DNA from: Oscillospiraceae bacterium
GTDB taxonomy: Bacteria > Bacillota > Clostridia > Oscillospirales > CAG-272
NCBI GenBank assembly: GCA_015064725.1
Contig: SVRQ01000010.1
Location: 674-64,673, forward strand
Length of the DNA: 64,000 nucleotides
Direction of reading: 5' to 3'
The notes under the pieces were generated by a model, which was not told the DNA's origin, did no database searches, and was given only the letters and a program-made list of their open reading frames with translations. Positions within the stretch are counted from its first letter, which is position 1. The number at the start of each line of letters is the position of its first letter. A program made the position numbers and the translations under genes. Positions 35,995 through 44,952 of this stretch are shown here, in pieces.

Positions 35995-37512
35995 TTAAGT
36001 ATTGCCGTTTTTTACCGAAGCGAAGGTCACGGCTATCTCGCCTTTTTCGCTGAATATGCCCAAGTACGTTCCCGTAAAAGTCATAGTGTGCGTCACCTCC
36101 GTGCAAAGCAGCGAAGTACGTCCGCGCCCAAGCTCCGTGAAAATTCCGTCGGCTTCATAATAGAACGAATACCATTCCTCATCACTCATAAGCTTAAAAC
36201 GGATCGAGCCTTGGTAATCTACAGGCTGCCGCGCAACGATCACATCAATATCCGCAACTTGTTTGCGAAGAACGACATAATGGCATCCATCCGCTTCTTT
36301 TGTTATAAAAATATCGTAATGATAATCGCTGTTGTAAAACGCAGTCAAACCCGCACGGCTTCCGACCTGTACTTCCCCCTCAAGACGTACCAACGCCTCC
36401 GTACAAAACGCCTGTTGACGCACGGCGATCATAGTGGGAGCACCGCGCGGTGTGGAAAGATCATCTTCTCCGCCCGTAAGAACGGTCCGCCCTTTTTCGG
36501 CGCGGTAACATTCGGGATGCGGGTTGCGTACAAAATTCCAACGTGGGTCAAGCTTGCCGCTTTCAAAATCATCCTCAAAATCAAAGCTTACCCGTTGTAT
36601 AACAGGTCCGGGAAGCTCCGCTTCCATTTCAAGGTCTATCATTCCGTTGTTCCCAACTATCGGCCAGCCGTCCTCATTCCATTTTAAAGGGGAAAGGAAG
36701 GTTTCGCGCCCTAAATTATGCAACATAACCTTCGGTATGGGGCGTATGCCCAGGCATAGCATCCACCAATTTCCGTTCCCATCATCCACGATATCCGCGT
36801 GCCCCGTTGCCTGGATGGGGCTGTCGGGCAGGTTACGGTGGGTAAGTATCGGGTTATGGGGGCATTGTTCATACGGACCGTAGATACCGTGCGAGCGTTG
36901 CATAGTCACCATATGACCGTATTCCGTTCCGCCCTCTGCAAGCATCAGGTAATACCATCCATCCTTTTTATAAATATGCGGTGCTTCCGCGCATCTTCCT
37001 CCGCAGCCGTTCGTAAGCTTTTGCGAGCTTGTAAGCATCTCTCCGGTAAACGGGTCTATCTCGCACAGGAAAATACCGCGTCCGTCTTCAAGGTTTGCCG
37101 AGCCGTTGGAAACGAAATAACATTTTCCGTCATCATCCCAAAAAAGAGAGGGGTCTATACCGCTTTGCTTTACCCAAGCGGGCTCGCTCCACTTACCGCG
37201 TATATCATTAGTATGAACGATAAAATTTCCGCCGCGGGTCACGTTCGTGGCAGTCATAAAAAACGTACCGTCGTGAAAGCGAAGCGTGGGGGCATAGATA
37301 CCGCTGGACGGTTTTCCTTTGTGAAGAGAAAGCTGTGACTCCTCCGTAAGGCAATGACCTATCAGCTCCCAATTTATCAGGTTTTTGCTGTGATATATCG
37401 GAACACCGGGAAAAAACTCAAACGTGGAAGTTATAAGATAAAAATCATCACCTACACGGCATATACTTGGATCAGGATGAAATCCCGGAAGGATTGGATT
37501 TTTGTATTTCAT
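35995..37512 (-). CDS. GH43 beta-xylosidase / alpha-L-arabinofuranosidase
   Basis: ORF 35995..37560. ATG 37512 is preferred (GAGGA RBS). N-terminus is NPILPGFHPDPSICRVGDDFYLITSTFEFFPGVPIYHSKNL. The C-terminal beta-sandwich is typical of XynB-like GH43 enzymes. Confidence 0.85.
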   Translation of the reverse strand: MKYKNPILPGFHPDPSICRVGDDFYLITSTFEFFPGVPIYHSKNLINWELIGHCLTEESQLSLHKGKPSSGIYAPTLRFHDGTFFMTATNVTRGGNFIVHTNDIRGKWSEPAWVKQSGIDPSLFWDDDGKCYFVSNGSANLEDGRGIFLCEIDPFTGEMLTSSQKLTNGCGGRCAEAPHIYKKDGWYYLMLAEGGTEYGHMVTMQRSHGIYGPYEQCPHNPILTHRNLPDSPIQATGHADIVDDGNGNWWMLCLGIRPIPKVMLHNLGRETFLSPLKWNEDGWPIVGNNGMIDLEMEAELPGPVIQRVSFDFEDDFESGKLDPRWNFVRNPHPECYRAEKGRTVLTGGEDDLSTPRGAPTMIAVRQQAFCTEALVRLEGEVQVGSRAGLTAFYNSDYHYDIFITKEADGCHYVVLRKQVADIDVIVARQPVDYQGSIRFKLMSDEEWYSFYYEADGIFTELGRGRTSLLCTEVTHTMTFTGTYLGIFSEKGEIAVTFASVKNGNT

Positions 37513-37613
37513 AAGCAAGCATCCTCTATAAGGTTCATTTTTATTTATATATTTTATCATAGATATGGTTGTCAGTCAATATAAGGTATGCCGCAAAAAT
37601 CGCAAAATACCTA

Positions 37614-37642
37614 TTGACAAAATATTCCCATTATGTTATAAT
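37614..37642 (+). promoter_or_regulatory. consensus sigma-A promoter (extended -10)
   Basis: TTGACA (37614-37619), 17-nt spacer, TATAAT (37637-37642), with TGt at 37634-37636. Confidence 0.65.
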
Positions 37643-37648
37643 ATATAC

Positions 37649-37787
37649 GTCAAAAGGGAGTAGTACATTGCTCACACCAATGTGTATGCATCGTCATGAC
37701 AGCAGCTGCAGATGCTCGGCGCATACAGATCTTAAAACGATTTTACAAGACTTTTACTGTCAAAGCGGTAAAAGTCTTTTTGCTTTT
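37649..37787 (+). promoter_or_regulatory. structured 5' leader ending in a strong intrinsic terminator (attenuator or small RNA) upstream of flotillin
   Basis: Hairpins at 37664-37684 (acattg/caatgt) and 37684-37726 (gtatgc..gcatac). An 11-bp stem aagacttttac/gtaaaagtctt (37747-37778) is followed by TTTGCTTTT. An alternative hairpin at 37730-37750 overlaps the terminator's 5' arm. Confidence 0.5.
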
Positions 37788-37844
37788 AAGGCTCCCGTAA
37801 GACACATTAACTTAAAAAATTTTTAAATTTCAGGAGGAATCATT

Positions 37845-39314
37845 ATGGAATTTATCATCATCGGCGCGGTTTTGCTTGTGCTTATCCTCTTCTTTGCAAG
37901 CGGTTACCTCAAAGCACCGCCAGACACAGCGTACATCATCTCCGGTCTTGGCAAAAAACGCCGCATACTTATCGGTAAAGCGGGCTTCCGCGTTCCCTTC
38001 TTTGAACGTGTTGACCGTCTTTCCCTGCGCGTAATGCAGGTTGACGTTAAAACGAGCGAAGCCGTTCCCACGAACGAATTCATCAACGTAAGCGTTGACG
38101 GCGTTGCAAACATCAAGATCTCTTCCGACCCCGAAGCGCTCAAGCTTGCGGCAGAATCCCTTCTCGGTATGCGCCAGCAGGAGCTCATCAGCCTCGTAAC
38201 ACAGGTCCTCGAGGGTAATATGCGAGAGATCGTAGGTTCTGTTGGTCTTAAAGAGATGGTTCAGGATCGTCAGGGCGTTGCGAAGAAGATCACGGAAAAC
38301 GTAGTTCCCGATATGAAGAAACTCGGTATCGAAGTCGTTAACTTCAATATCCAGAACTTCAAGGATGCCGCAGGCACGATTGAAAATATGGGTATCGACA
38401 ACGTAGAGCAGATCCGCAAAAATGCTCAGATCGCAAAAGCAAACGCTCAGCGTGACATCGCTATCGCAACGGCAAAAGCACAGGAAGAAGCAAACGCAGT
38501 TAAGGTAGAATCCGAAAAGAAGATCGCGGAGCAGGATGCAGAGCTTGCGGTTCAGCAGGCAGATATGAAGGTGAAAGCCGACACAAAGAAAGCGGAAGCG
38601 GATGCGGCTTACTCCATCCAGCAGGAAGCACAGCGTAAGGTTATCGAAATCGCAAAGACAAATGCCGATATCGCACGCCGCGAAAAAGAAGCAGAGCTTG
38701 CGGAAAAGAATATCGCCATCAAAGAGCGCGAGCTCGAAGCGGAGATCAAAAAGCAGGCAGACGCTATGAAATACCGCACGGAAAAAGAAGCGGAAGCAGA
38801 CCTTATCCAGCGCCAGCGCGAAGCAGAAGCTAAGAAATACGAAGCTTTGCAGGCCGCTGAAGCCAAGAAGTATGAAGCCGAAGCTAAAAAATACGAGGCT
38901 ATGCAGGTTGCGGAAGCTAAAAAAGCCGAAGCTGAAGCGCTCCGTTTCGCAATGGAGCAGGAAGCGGAAGGTATTCGCGCAAAAGGTCTTGCAGAAGCAG
39001 AAGCTATCGAAAAGAAAGCCGAAGCTCAGAAGAAGATGGGCGAAGCGTCCGTCCTCGAAATGTACCTCACAGCTCTTCCCGAAGTTGTCAAGAACGCCGC
39101 ATCTCCCCTTTCCCGCACGGACAAGATCGTTATGTACGGCGACGGCAACTCTACAAAAGTTGTGCGTGACGTTATGAACAGCGCAAACCAGATAATGGAA
39201 GGTATGAAGGAATCCACAGGCATCGACCTCTCTTCCATCATCGCAGGCTTTGCAGGCGGCAGAGCAGCCCTCGGCACACAGCCTGAAGCTAACGAATCCC
39301 CCGCAGAAGAATAA
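37845..39314 (+). CDS. flotillin family (SPFH/band-7) protein
   Basis: 489 aa. N-terminal TM hairpin, SPFH domain (GKAGFRVPFFERVDRLSLRVMQVDV), a long Glu/Ala/Lys coiled coil with EAKKYEA repeats, and a C-terminal flotillin tail. CAGGAGG RBS. Confidence 0.85.
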   Translation: MEFIIIGAVLLVLILFFASGYLKAPPDTAYIISGLGKKRRILIGKAGFRVPFFERVDRLSLRVMQVDVKTSEAVPTNEFINVSVDGVANIKISSDPEALKLAAESLLGMRQQELISLVTQVLEGNMREIVGSVGLKEMVQDRQGVAKKITENVVPDMKKLGIEVVNFNIQNFKDAAGTIENMGIDNVEQIRKNAQIAKANAQRDIAIATAKAQEEANAVKVESEKKIAEQDAELAVQQADMKVKADTKKAEADAAYSIQQEAQRKVIEIAKTNADIARREKEAELAEKNIAIKERELEAEIKKQADAMKYRTEKEAEADLIQRQREAEAKKYEALQAAEAKKYEAEAKKYEAMQVAEAKKAEAEALRFAMEQEAEGIRAKGLAEAEAIEKKAEAQKKMGEASVLEMYLTALPEVVKNAASPLSRTDKIVMYGDGNSTKVVRDVMNSANQIMEGMKESTGIDLSSIIAGFAGGRAALGTQPEANESPAEE

Positions 39315-39323
39315 TCAACCAAC

Positions 39324-39357
39324 AAAAAATCTCGCCACACAATGGCGAGATTTTTTA
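39324..39357. terminator. bidirectional intrinsic terminator
   Basis: aaaaaatctcgcc / ggcgagatttttt hairpin between stop 39314 (+) and stop 39368 (-). Confidence 0.75.
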
Positions 39358-39367
39358 TTGCATACAT

Positions 39368-40528
39368 TTAATTTCCTATTCCAACGTATCCTGTTTCTTC
39401 AATAATGTACTGCCCTTCCTCGGAAAGCATCCATTTCAACAGCTTATCCACGTTTTCGTTCGTATTTCCCGCATATGTAACAGCATACACAGGCGCGATT
39501 ATAGGGTATTTATTGTTTTTTACATTTTCCACTGTAGGTGCAACACCGTCAACAGCGATCATTTTTATATCGGGATTTTTTATAATACCCTCAACATAAA
39601 ATCTGAAAGAAAATCCGATAGAACCCGATTTGCTCTTATAATCTGCTACTTGTTCAATTATGCTTCCCATACCTCTTATTTCCTTTATTTCGGGATCCAT
39701 TATAGCAACATCACCCATAAAGCGCAGCATCATACTTTGACTTCCACTTCCCTCGTTTCGCTGAAACGCCTCTATTTCTTCATCTTTTCCCCCAACCTCT
39801 TTCCAGTTGGTTATCTCACCCGAATAGATGCGCCTTATTTGCTCTGCTGTAAGAGAATCTATTGGATTGTCCTTATGTACAAAGAAAACAAATGCCTCGT
39901 AGCCTATCTGTGTATATTCAAATGTAGTTCCGCATTCCTCTGCGTATTTTATTTGCTCCTTCGATGGCTGAGCTCCGATAAAAATATCCGTCTTTTTTTC
40001 CGCAAGTTTTTCGTAACCGCCAACGGTGTTATTGTATTCAAATACACCGTCATAGAGCCTTGTTGTATTGGGATAGACCGCGTTTACAAAAGCGGAATAA
40101 ACGGGAAAAGCAGCTGTAGCTCCATCTATTATGGGTAGCTCGCCCGTCAGCTTCAGGGTCTTGCTGTCGTATTTGACTATATTGGAATCTTCCTCAAAAG
40201 GCAGCCATTCCGACGTATTTATATTCGGAGTAACGTCTATCGTTATACTTTTTTCGTATTCGTCTGTAATGCGGTCCACAGTATAGACCGAGCCTATAAC
40301 CAAAAACAACGCACAATAAGCTATTAAATATATCTTATGTATTTTTTTATTTTTGAGCCATATCAAAGGGATTATCGCGGGTATCAAAATCAAAGCAAAA
40401 GCATAAAATCCTCCGCCAAATGCCAGCAAAAGCAAAGACAAACTTCCCACCATAGGGAGCGCCGTCACTATCAGCACAGTCAGCACTATCTTTACAATCA
40501 GCTTTATCTTTTGTTCACGTGTTTCCAT
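39368..40528 (-). CDS. membrane-anchored PstS-like (PBP type 2) substrate-binding protein
   Basis: ORF 39368..40609. ATG 40528 is preferred (AGGAG RBS; the clpX terminator occupies 40574-40606). Three N-terminal TM helices, then a periplasmic-binding-protein fold with IDGATAAFPVY and QRNEGSGSQSMM motifs resembling PstS-family proteins. Confidence 0.55.
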   Translation of the reverse strand: METREQKIKLIVKIVLTVLIVTALPMVGSLSLLLLAFGGGFYAFALILIPAIIPLIWLKNKKIHKIYLIAYCALFLVIGSVYTVDRITDEYEKSITIDVTPNINTSEWLPFEEDSNIVKYDSKTLKLTGELPIIDGATAAFPVYSAFVNAVYPNTTRLYDGVFEYNNTVGGYEKLAEKKTDIFIGAQPSKEQIKYAEECGTTFEYTQIGYEAFVFFVHKDNPIDSLTAEQIRRIYSGEITNWKEVGGKDEEIEAFQRNEGSGSQSMMLRFMGDVAIMDPEIKEIRGMGSIIEQVADYKSKSGSIGFSFRFYVEGIIKNPDIKMIAVDGVAPTVENVKNNKYPIIAPVYAVTYAGNTNENVDKLLKWMLSEEGQYIIEETGYVGIGN

Positions 40529-40573
40529 AACACAATCTCTCCTATTTCGTTGTACTGTATTCATTTTAACACA

Positions 40574-40606
40574 AAAACCGCAAAGATGCAACATCTTTGC
40601 GGTTTT
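40574..40606 (-). terminator. intrinsic terminator after clpX
   Basis: aaaaccgcaaagatg / catctttgcggtttt hairpin directly after stop 40616. Confidence 0.75.
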
Positions 40607-40615
40607 CATATTTCA

Positions 40616-41860
40616 TCAATACATTTCGGGTTCTGCTTTTTCGGTTACTACCTTTTCGGTTATGACAACCTTTGTAATACCCTTTTCATCGCGGAGCGTA
40701 GGGGATTCATACATTATCGGCTGCATTATCTCCTCCATTATCGCGCGAAGGCCGCGCGCGCCCGTGCTGCGCTCTTTCGCAAGCTCGGCTATTTTTGCAA
40801 TAGCTTCATCCGTGAACTCTATTTCAAGTCCGTCGAGCGCGAAAAGCTTCTTATACTGCTTAACTATAGCGTTTTTCGGCTTTGTGAGTATGCTTGCAAG
40901 TGCATCCGTATCAAGCGGGTCAAGGCTTACGATAACGGGAATTCTGCCAACAAGCTCGGGAATAAGACCGAACTTAACGATATCGTGCGCCGTTGCATCC
41001 TTGAAAGCAGAGGTACTTGCTTTTTCGGCTTTGCCCTTTACTTCACTTCCGAAACCGATTCCCTGCTTGCCGCTTCTCTTTTCGATTATCTGCTCAAGCC
41101 CATCGAATGCACCGCCGCAGATAAAGAGAATATTTTCCGTATTTATAGGAATAAATTCCTGGCTCGGATGCTTGCGTCCGCCCTGCGGAGGCACGTTTGC
41201 AACCGTACCCTCCAGAATTTTAAGGAGAGCCTGCTGTACACCCTCGCCGGAAACGTCGCGTGTAATGGAACGGTTCTCGCTCTTGCGGGAGATCTTGTCA
41301 AGCTCATCGATATAGATTATACCGCGCTGTGCAAGTTCCACATCAAAGTCTGCCGCCTGAAGAAGGCGAAGAAGAATGTTTTCAACGTCCTCGCCAACGT
41401 ATCCCGCCTCCGTAAGAGTCGTGGCATCGGCTATAGCAAACGGCACCTTCAGCGTTTTTGCAAGTGTCTGCGCCAAGAAGGTCTTGCCCACACCCGTGGG
41501 GCCGAGCAAGAGTACGTTGCTTTTCTGTATCTCAACGCCGTCTTCCTCGTCTTCCTTTCTGGTAATACGTTTGTAATGGTTGTAAACGGCAACAGCGAGT
41601 GCTATCTTCGCACTATCCTGCCCTATAACGTAATCATCGAGTATAGTTTTTATATCTTTCGGTTTGGGAAGCTCGGAAAGCTCCGGAATCTCCGCCTCGG
41701 GGCGGTTTTCTTCCTCAAGCTCTTCAAGTATCTCGTTGCACGCCCAAACGCACTGATTGCAGATGTAAAATCCCGTGGGAGATGGGATGAGCACCTCCGC
41801 CTGGCGTTCGGTCCTGCCGCAAAAGCAACATCTGCGTTCCGTACTTCTGTTGTCTGCCAT
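40616..41860 (-). CDS. clpX: ATP-dependent Clp protease ATP-binding subunit ClpX
   Basis: 414 aa. N-terminal C4 zinc finger (CCFCGR...ICNQCV), Walker [18 protein letters not shown] and GARGLR motifs. Confidence 0.97.
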   Translation of the reverse strand: MADNRSTERRCCFCGRTERQAEVLIPSPTGFYICNQCVWACNEILEELEEENRPEAEIPELSELPKPKDIKTILDDYVIGQDSAKIALAVAVYNHYKRITRKEDEEDGVEIQKSNVLLLGPTGVGKTFLAQTLAKTLKVPFAIADATTLTEAGYVGEDVENILLRLLQAADFDVELAQRGIIYIDELDKISRKSENRSITRDVSGEGVQQALLKILEGTVANVPPQGGRKHPSQEFIPINTENILFICGGAFDGLEQIIEKRSGKQGIGFGSEVKGKAEKASTSAFKDATAHDIVKFGLIPELVGRIPVIVSLDPLDTDALASILTKPKNAIVKQYKKLFALDGLEIEFTDEAIAKIAELAKERSTGARGLRAIMEEIMQPIMYESPTLRDEKGITKVVITEKVVTEKAEPEMY

Positions 41861-41874
41861 TTCAATACCTCAAC

Positions 41875-42459
41875 TTATATTCTTTTTTCTATAACCTTGT
41901 CTATAAGTCCGTATTCCGCAGCCTCTGCCGCAGACATAAAGTTATCTCTTTCCGTATCAAGTGCGATCTGCTCCACGGTCTTGCCCGTTTCGCGTGCAAG
42001 TATCTCGTTAAGCTTCTGGCGTGTGCGGAGTATGTGGTCCGCGTGGATCTTGATATCGCTCGCCTGACCCTGCATACCGCCCAAGGGCTGGTGGATCATA
42101 ATTTCGCTGTTGGGAAGCGCCCAACGCTTGCCGGGCGTGCCCGCCGCAAGCAAGAATGCGCCCATAGACGCCGCCATACCTATGCAGATCGTGCAAACGT
42201 CGCATTTGATGTAATTCATTGTGTCGAATATCGCAAAGCCTGCGGAAACAGAGCCGCCGGGGCTGTTGATATAAAGCATAATGTCCTTGTCGGGATCCTG
42301 AGATTCAAGGAACAAAAGCTGTGCCACAACAAGAGATGCAGTAACGTCGTTTACTTCATCCGTCAAAAAAATAATTCTGTCGTTAAGAAGACGGGAGTAT
42401 ATGTCATATGCGCGTTCTCCTCTGCCTGTCTGTTCAACGACTGTTGGTACAAGTGCCAT
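41875..42459 (-). CDS. clpP: ATP-dependent Clp protease proteolytic subunit
   Basis: 194 aa. Catalytic Ser in [17 protein letters not shown] motif and the typical N-terminus [22 protein letters not shown]. Confidence 0.97.
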   Translation of the reverse strand: MALVPTVVEQTGRGERAYDIYSRLLNDRIIFLTDEVNDVTASLVVAQLLFLESQDPDKDIMLYINSPGGSVSAGFAIFDTMNYIKCDVCTICIGMAASMGAFLLAAGTPGKRWALPNSEIMIHQPLGGMQGQASDIKIHADHILRTRQKLNEILARETGKTVEQIALDTERDNFMSAAEAAEYGLIDKVIEKRI

Positions 42460-42562
42460 AATTTATCTCCTTTCCGCTTTCTTCGCTTTCTTGGAAGAAA
42501 GCTTGGCAAAGAACTTTCCACCGCACACAGATAAACCATATGCAGGAAAATCATTCTCATTT

Positions 42563-42589
42563 CGTAGGGGAGGGGCTTGCTCCTCCCGC
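42563..42589 (+). repeat. 27-nt REP-like hairpin repeat, copy 1
   Basis: cgtaggggaggggcttgctcctcccgc is identical to 45262-45288 (same orientation). Internal stem gggagg/cctccc. It is embedded in a larger mosaic intergenic element at 42470-42640. Confidence 0.8.
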
Positions 42590-42654
42590 TTGGCTTTACG
42601 CCTACTTTCTCCGAAAGAAAGCAGGCTCGAAAAAAGTCAAATATCCCCGTTAAT

Positions 42655-42686
42655 CAAATTCGCAGACGGTAAGGTCTGCGAATTTC
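42655..42686 (-). terminator. intrinsic terminator after tig
   Basis: aaattcgcagac / gtctgcgaattt hairpin (loop ggtaag) 14 nt after stop 42700. The U-tract is modest. Confidence 0.6.
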
Positions 42687-42699
42687 TGATATTGTTAAA

Positions 42700-43992
42700 T
42701 TATTCAGCGTCTTTTACAGTAACAACTGCTGTGTCGCGGATAAGCTGTGCAGCTTTGCCTACAACGATATCAGCGGCGATAGCCGCATTGTCGATAGTTT
42801 CGCGAACCTTGTCAGCTTCGATGCCGTAAGCTTCTGCAATCTTGCCGTATTCAGCTTCGATCTCTTCTGCTGTAGCTTCAAAGTTTTCTGCCTTTGCAAC
42901 TGCTTCGAGAGCAAGGCGTGTCTTAACCTGCTTTTCAGCCTGAGGACGGAACTGAGCCTTCATAGCGTCAACCGTCTGACCTGTGTAACGCATAAACGTT
43001 TCAAGGTCGAGGCCCTGATAACGAAGTCTTGTTTCGTAGTCGCGCATCATAGCGTCAACTTCTGTTTCAAACATAGCTTCGGGAACGTCAACGTCAAGAG
43101 TTTCAACGAGCTTGTCCATAAGCTGGCCGTCAACCTTAGCATCTTCTTCCTTGTCAGCCTTTTCCTGAAGTTTTGCCTTAACGTCCGCACGATATTCATC
43201 TACCGTGTCAAATTCGGAAACGTCTTTTACAAATTCGTCATCGAGTTCGGGAAGTTCACGAACCTTGATAGCGTGAACAACGCATTTGAAAACTGCTTCT
43301 TTGTTTGCAAGTTCAGCTGCGTGGTATTCAGCAGGGAACGTTACGTTTATATCGAATTTTTCGCCGATAGCTTTGCCAACGATCTGTTCTTCAAAGCCGG
43401 GGATGAAGGAGCCGGAACCAACCTTGAGGTTGTAGTTTTCGGATTTACCGCCGTCGAAAGCAACACCGTCAACGTAACCGTCGAAATCGAATGTGATCTC
43501 GTCGCCGTTTTCAACAGCTCTGTCAGTTACTTCTGTTTCGCGTGCGTTTCTTTCACGAACGTTGTTGATCTCTGCGTCAACTGCTTCGTCGGAAACAACA
43601 ACTGCATCGCGCGTTGCTTCGATGCCCTTGTATTCGCCGATCTTAGCTTCGGGTTTAACGAAAACCTTTGCTGTGATAACAACACCGTTGTCATCGATAG
43701 TTTTGATGTCGATCTCGGGGTAGCTTACAACGTCGAGGCCGGATTCAGCAAGAGCTGCTTCATAAGCCTCGGGAAGAATATCGTTGATAGCATCTTCATA
43801 GAAGAAGCCCTTACCGTACATTTTTTCGATCATACTTTTGGGAGCTTTGCCGCGTCTGAAACCGGGAACATTGAGTTTTGCAACGTTTTTCTTATATACC
43901 TTGTCAACAGCTGCGTCGAACGTAGCCTTGTCAACGGAGAACTCAATAACCTTCTGGTTCTTTTCCGCGTCTGTAACATTGATTAATTTCAT
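42700..43992 (-). CDS. tig: trigger factor
   Basis: ORF 42700..44004. ATG 43992 is preferred because the GGAGG RBS lies inside the upstream MEDK codons. GFRRGKAPKSMIEKMYG ribosome-binding signature, central PPIase, C-terminal arm. Confidence 0.95.
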   Translation of the reverse strand: MKLINVTDAEKNQKVIEFSVDKATFDAAVDKVYKKNVAKLNVPGFRRGKAPKSMIEKMYGKGFFYEDAINDILPEAYEAALAESGLDVVSYPEIDIKTIDDNGVVITAKVFVKPEAKIGEYKGIEATRDAVVVSDEAVDAEINNVRERNARETEVTDRAVENGDEITFDFDGYVDGVAFDGGKSENYNLKVGSGSFIPGFEEQIVGKAIGEKFDINVTFPAEYHAAELANKEAVFKCVVHAIKVRELPELDDEFVKDVSEFDTVDEYRADVKAKLQEKADKEEDAKVDGQLMDKLVETLDVDVPEAMFETEVDAMMRDYETRLRYQGLDLETFMRYTGQTVDAMKAQFRPQAEKQVKTRLALEAVAKAENFEATAEEIEAEYGKIAEAYGIEADKVRETIDNAAIAADIVVGKAAQLIRDTAVVTVKDAE

Positions 43993-44041
43993 TTTATCCT
44001 CCATTTAATGGTGAGAATTTATTTTTTCATAATTATTGAAT

Positions 44042-44070
44042 ATTATATCACTTTGATTTGTCAAAGTCAA
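44042..44070 (-). promoter_or_regulatory. sigma-A type promoter of tig
   Basis: Minus strand: TTGACT (44065-44070), 17-nt spacer, TATAAT (44042-44047), preceded by TGa (extended -10). Confidence 0.55.
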
Positions 44071-44098
44071 CTGTTTTTATTGCACATATGTGCATTTT

Positions 44099-44842
44099 TC
44101 AAACATTTTTCGGTTCTATCTTAAACGGTCTGAACGCAAGATAGTCTGCCGCGATAAAATAAAAATCTATATCCGCGTATTCACGTTTAAGAGGCGCGTC
44201 ATAACAGCCGTGTATGTGGCCGAAGAAACAGCGCTCTACCCCCTTACGGTAAAGCTCCATAATTATCTCGTCGCACATATACCCTTTGAATATCGGCGGA
44301 AAATGGAGAAAAGCAAGCACTTCCCTGTCTTTTCCGTCCTCTTCCAAAAGCTTTCGGCGCAGATTATGCCCGGCATCAAGGCTTATGCCTATGCGAGTGA
44401 CCTCGCGGGCAACGATCTTTTCGCTGTCCGCCCCGCGAAGAGGCTTATTTTTGTCATCGTTATACCATCCGCGCGAGCCGCAGATGATAAAATCCTCACA
44501 GGCATATGCGTTATTGTGCAAAAAGCGTATCGTCTTATATCCGTTTTGCTCCACGAAAGCATCCAGCTTCGCCATAGTCTGCCACCAATAATCGTGATTG
44601 CCCTTCATAATTATCTTTTGACCGGGCAAGGCTTCGATAAAGTCAAAATCCGCCTTCGCTTCCTCCACCGTCATTCCCCAGGATATATCCCCTGCGATAA
44701 CCACGGTATCTTCTTCTTTTACAACAGCTCTCCATTCTGCCTCCAAGCGCTGTGTATAATCCTTCCAGCGCGCACCGAAAACGTCCATCGGCTTTTCGCA
44801 GGAGAGCGAAAGGTGCGTATCCGCAATAACAAAAAGCGACAT
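44099..44842 (-). CDS. metallophosphoesterase family protein
   Basis: 247 aa. Motifs: VIADTHL, AGDISW, KGNHDYWW, GHIH. Confidence 0.7.
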   Translation of the reverse strand: MSLFVIADTHLSLSCEKPMDVFGARWKDYTQRLEAEWRAVVKEEDTVVIAGDISWGMTVEEAKADFDFIEALPGQKIIMKGNHDYWWQTMAKLDAFVEQNGYKTIRFLHNNAYACEDFIICGSRGWYNDDKNKPLRGADSEKIVAREVTRIGISLDAGHNLRRKLLEEDGKDREVLAFLHFPPIFKGYMCDEIIMELYRKGVERCFFGHIHGCYDAPLKREYADIDFYFIAADYLAFRPFKIEPKNV

Positions 44843-44891
44843 AGCTCACCTCCTTGATTTTTTAAAAATAAAAAACAAATAAACGCACTTG

Positions 44892-44921
44892 TGAATAAAC
44901 GCGCTCACAAAGTGCAAAATA
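44892..44921 (+). promoter_or_regulatory. possible forespore (SigG/SigF-type) promoter upstream of the DUF1540 gene
   Basis: TGAATA (44892-44897), 17-nt spacer, CAAAATA (44915-44921). The remembered B. subtilis SigG consensus is GHATR-N17/18-CATxxTA. The match is imperfect. Confidence 0.3.
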
Positions 44922-44952
44922 TATATGAACTCACAGAAAGGAGTTTTTTAAA

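Noticed and set aside
37569-37826. 85-aa plus-strand ORF upstream of flotillin.
   Set aside because: Its 5' part runs through the -35/-10 promoter elements, so the full ORF cannot be on the transcript. Only a shorter TTG-initiated 53-codon version is conceivable, and that is discussed as an alternative in the leader finding.
38821-38940. In-frame imperfect tandem DNA repeats (EAKKYEA units) in the flotillin gene, and the TDTGD(V/I) repeats in 4140-4700.
   Set aside because: These are protein-level repeats typical of flotillin coiled coils and DUF4097 beta-helices. They are not CRISPR or satellite arrays, because they have no unique spacers and are in frame.
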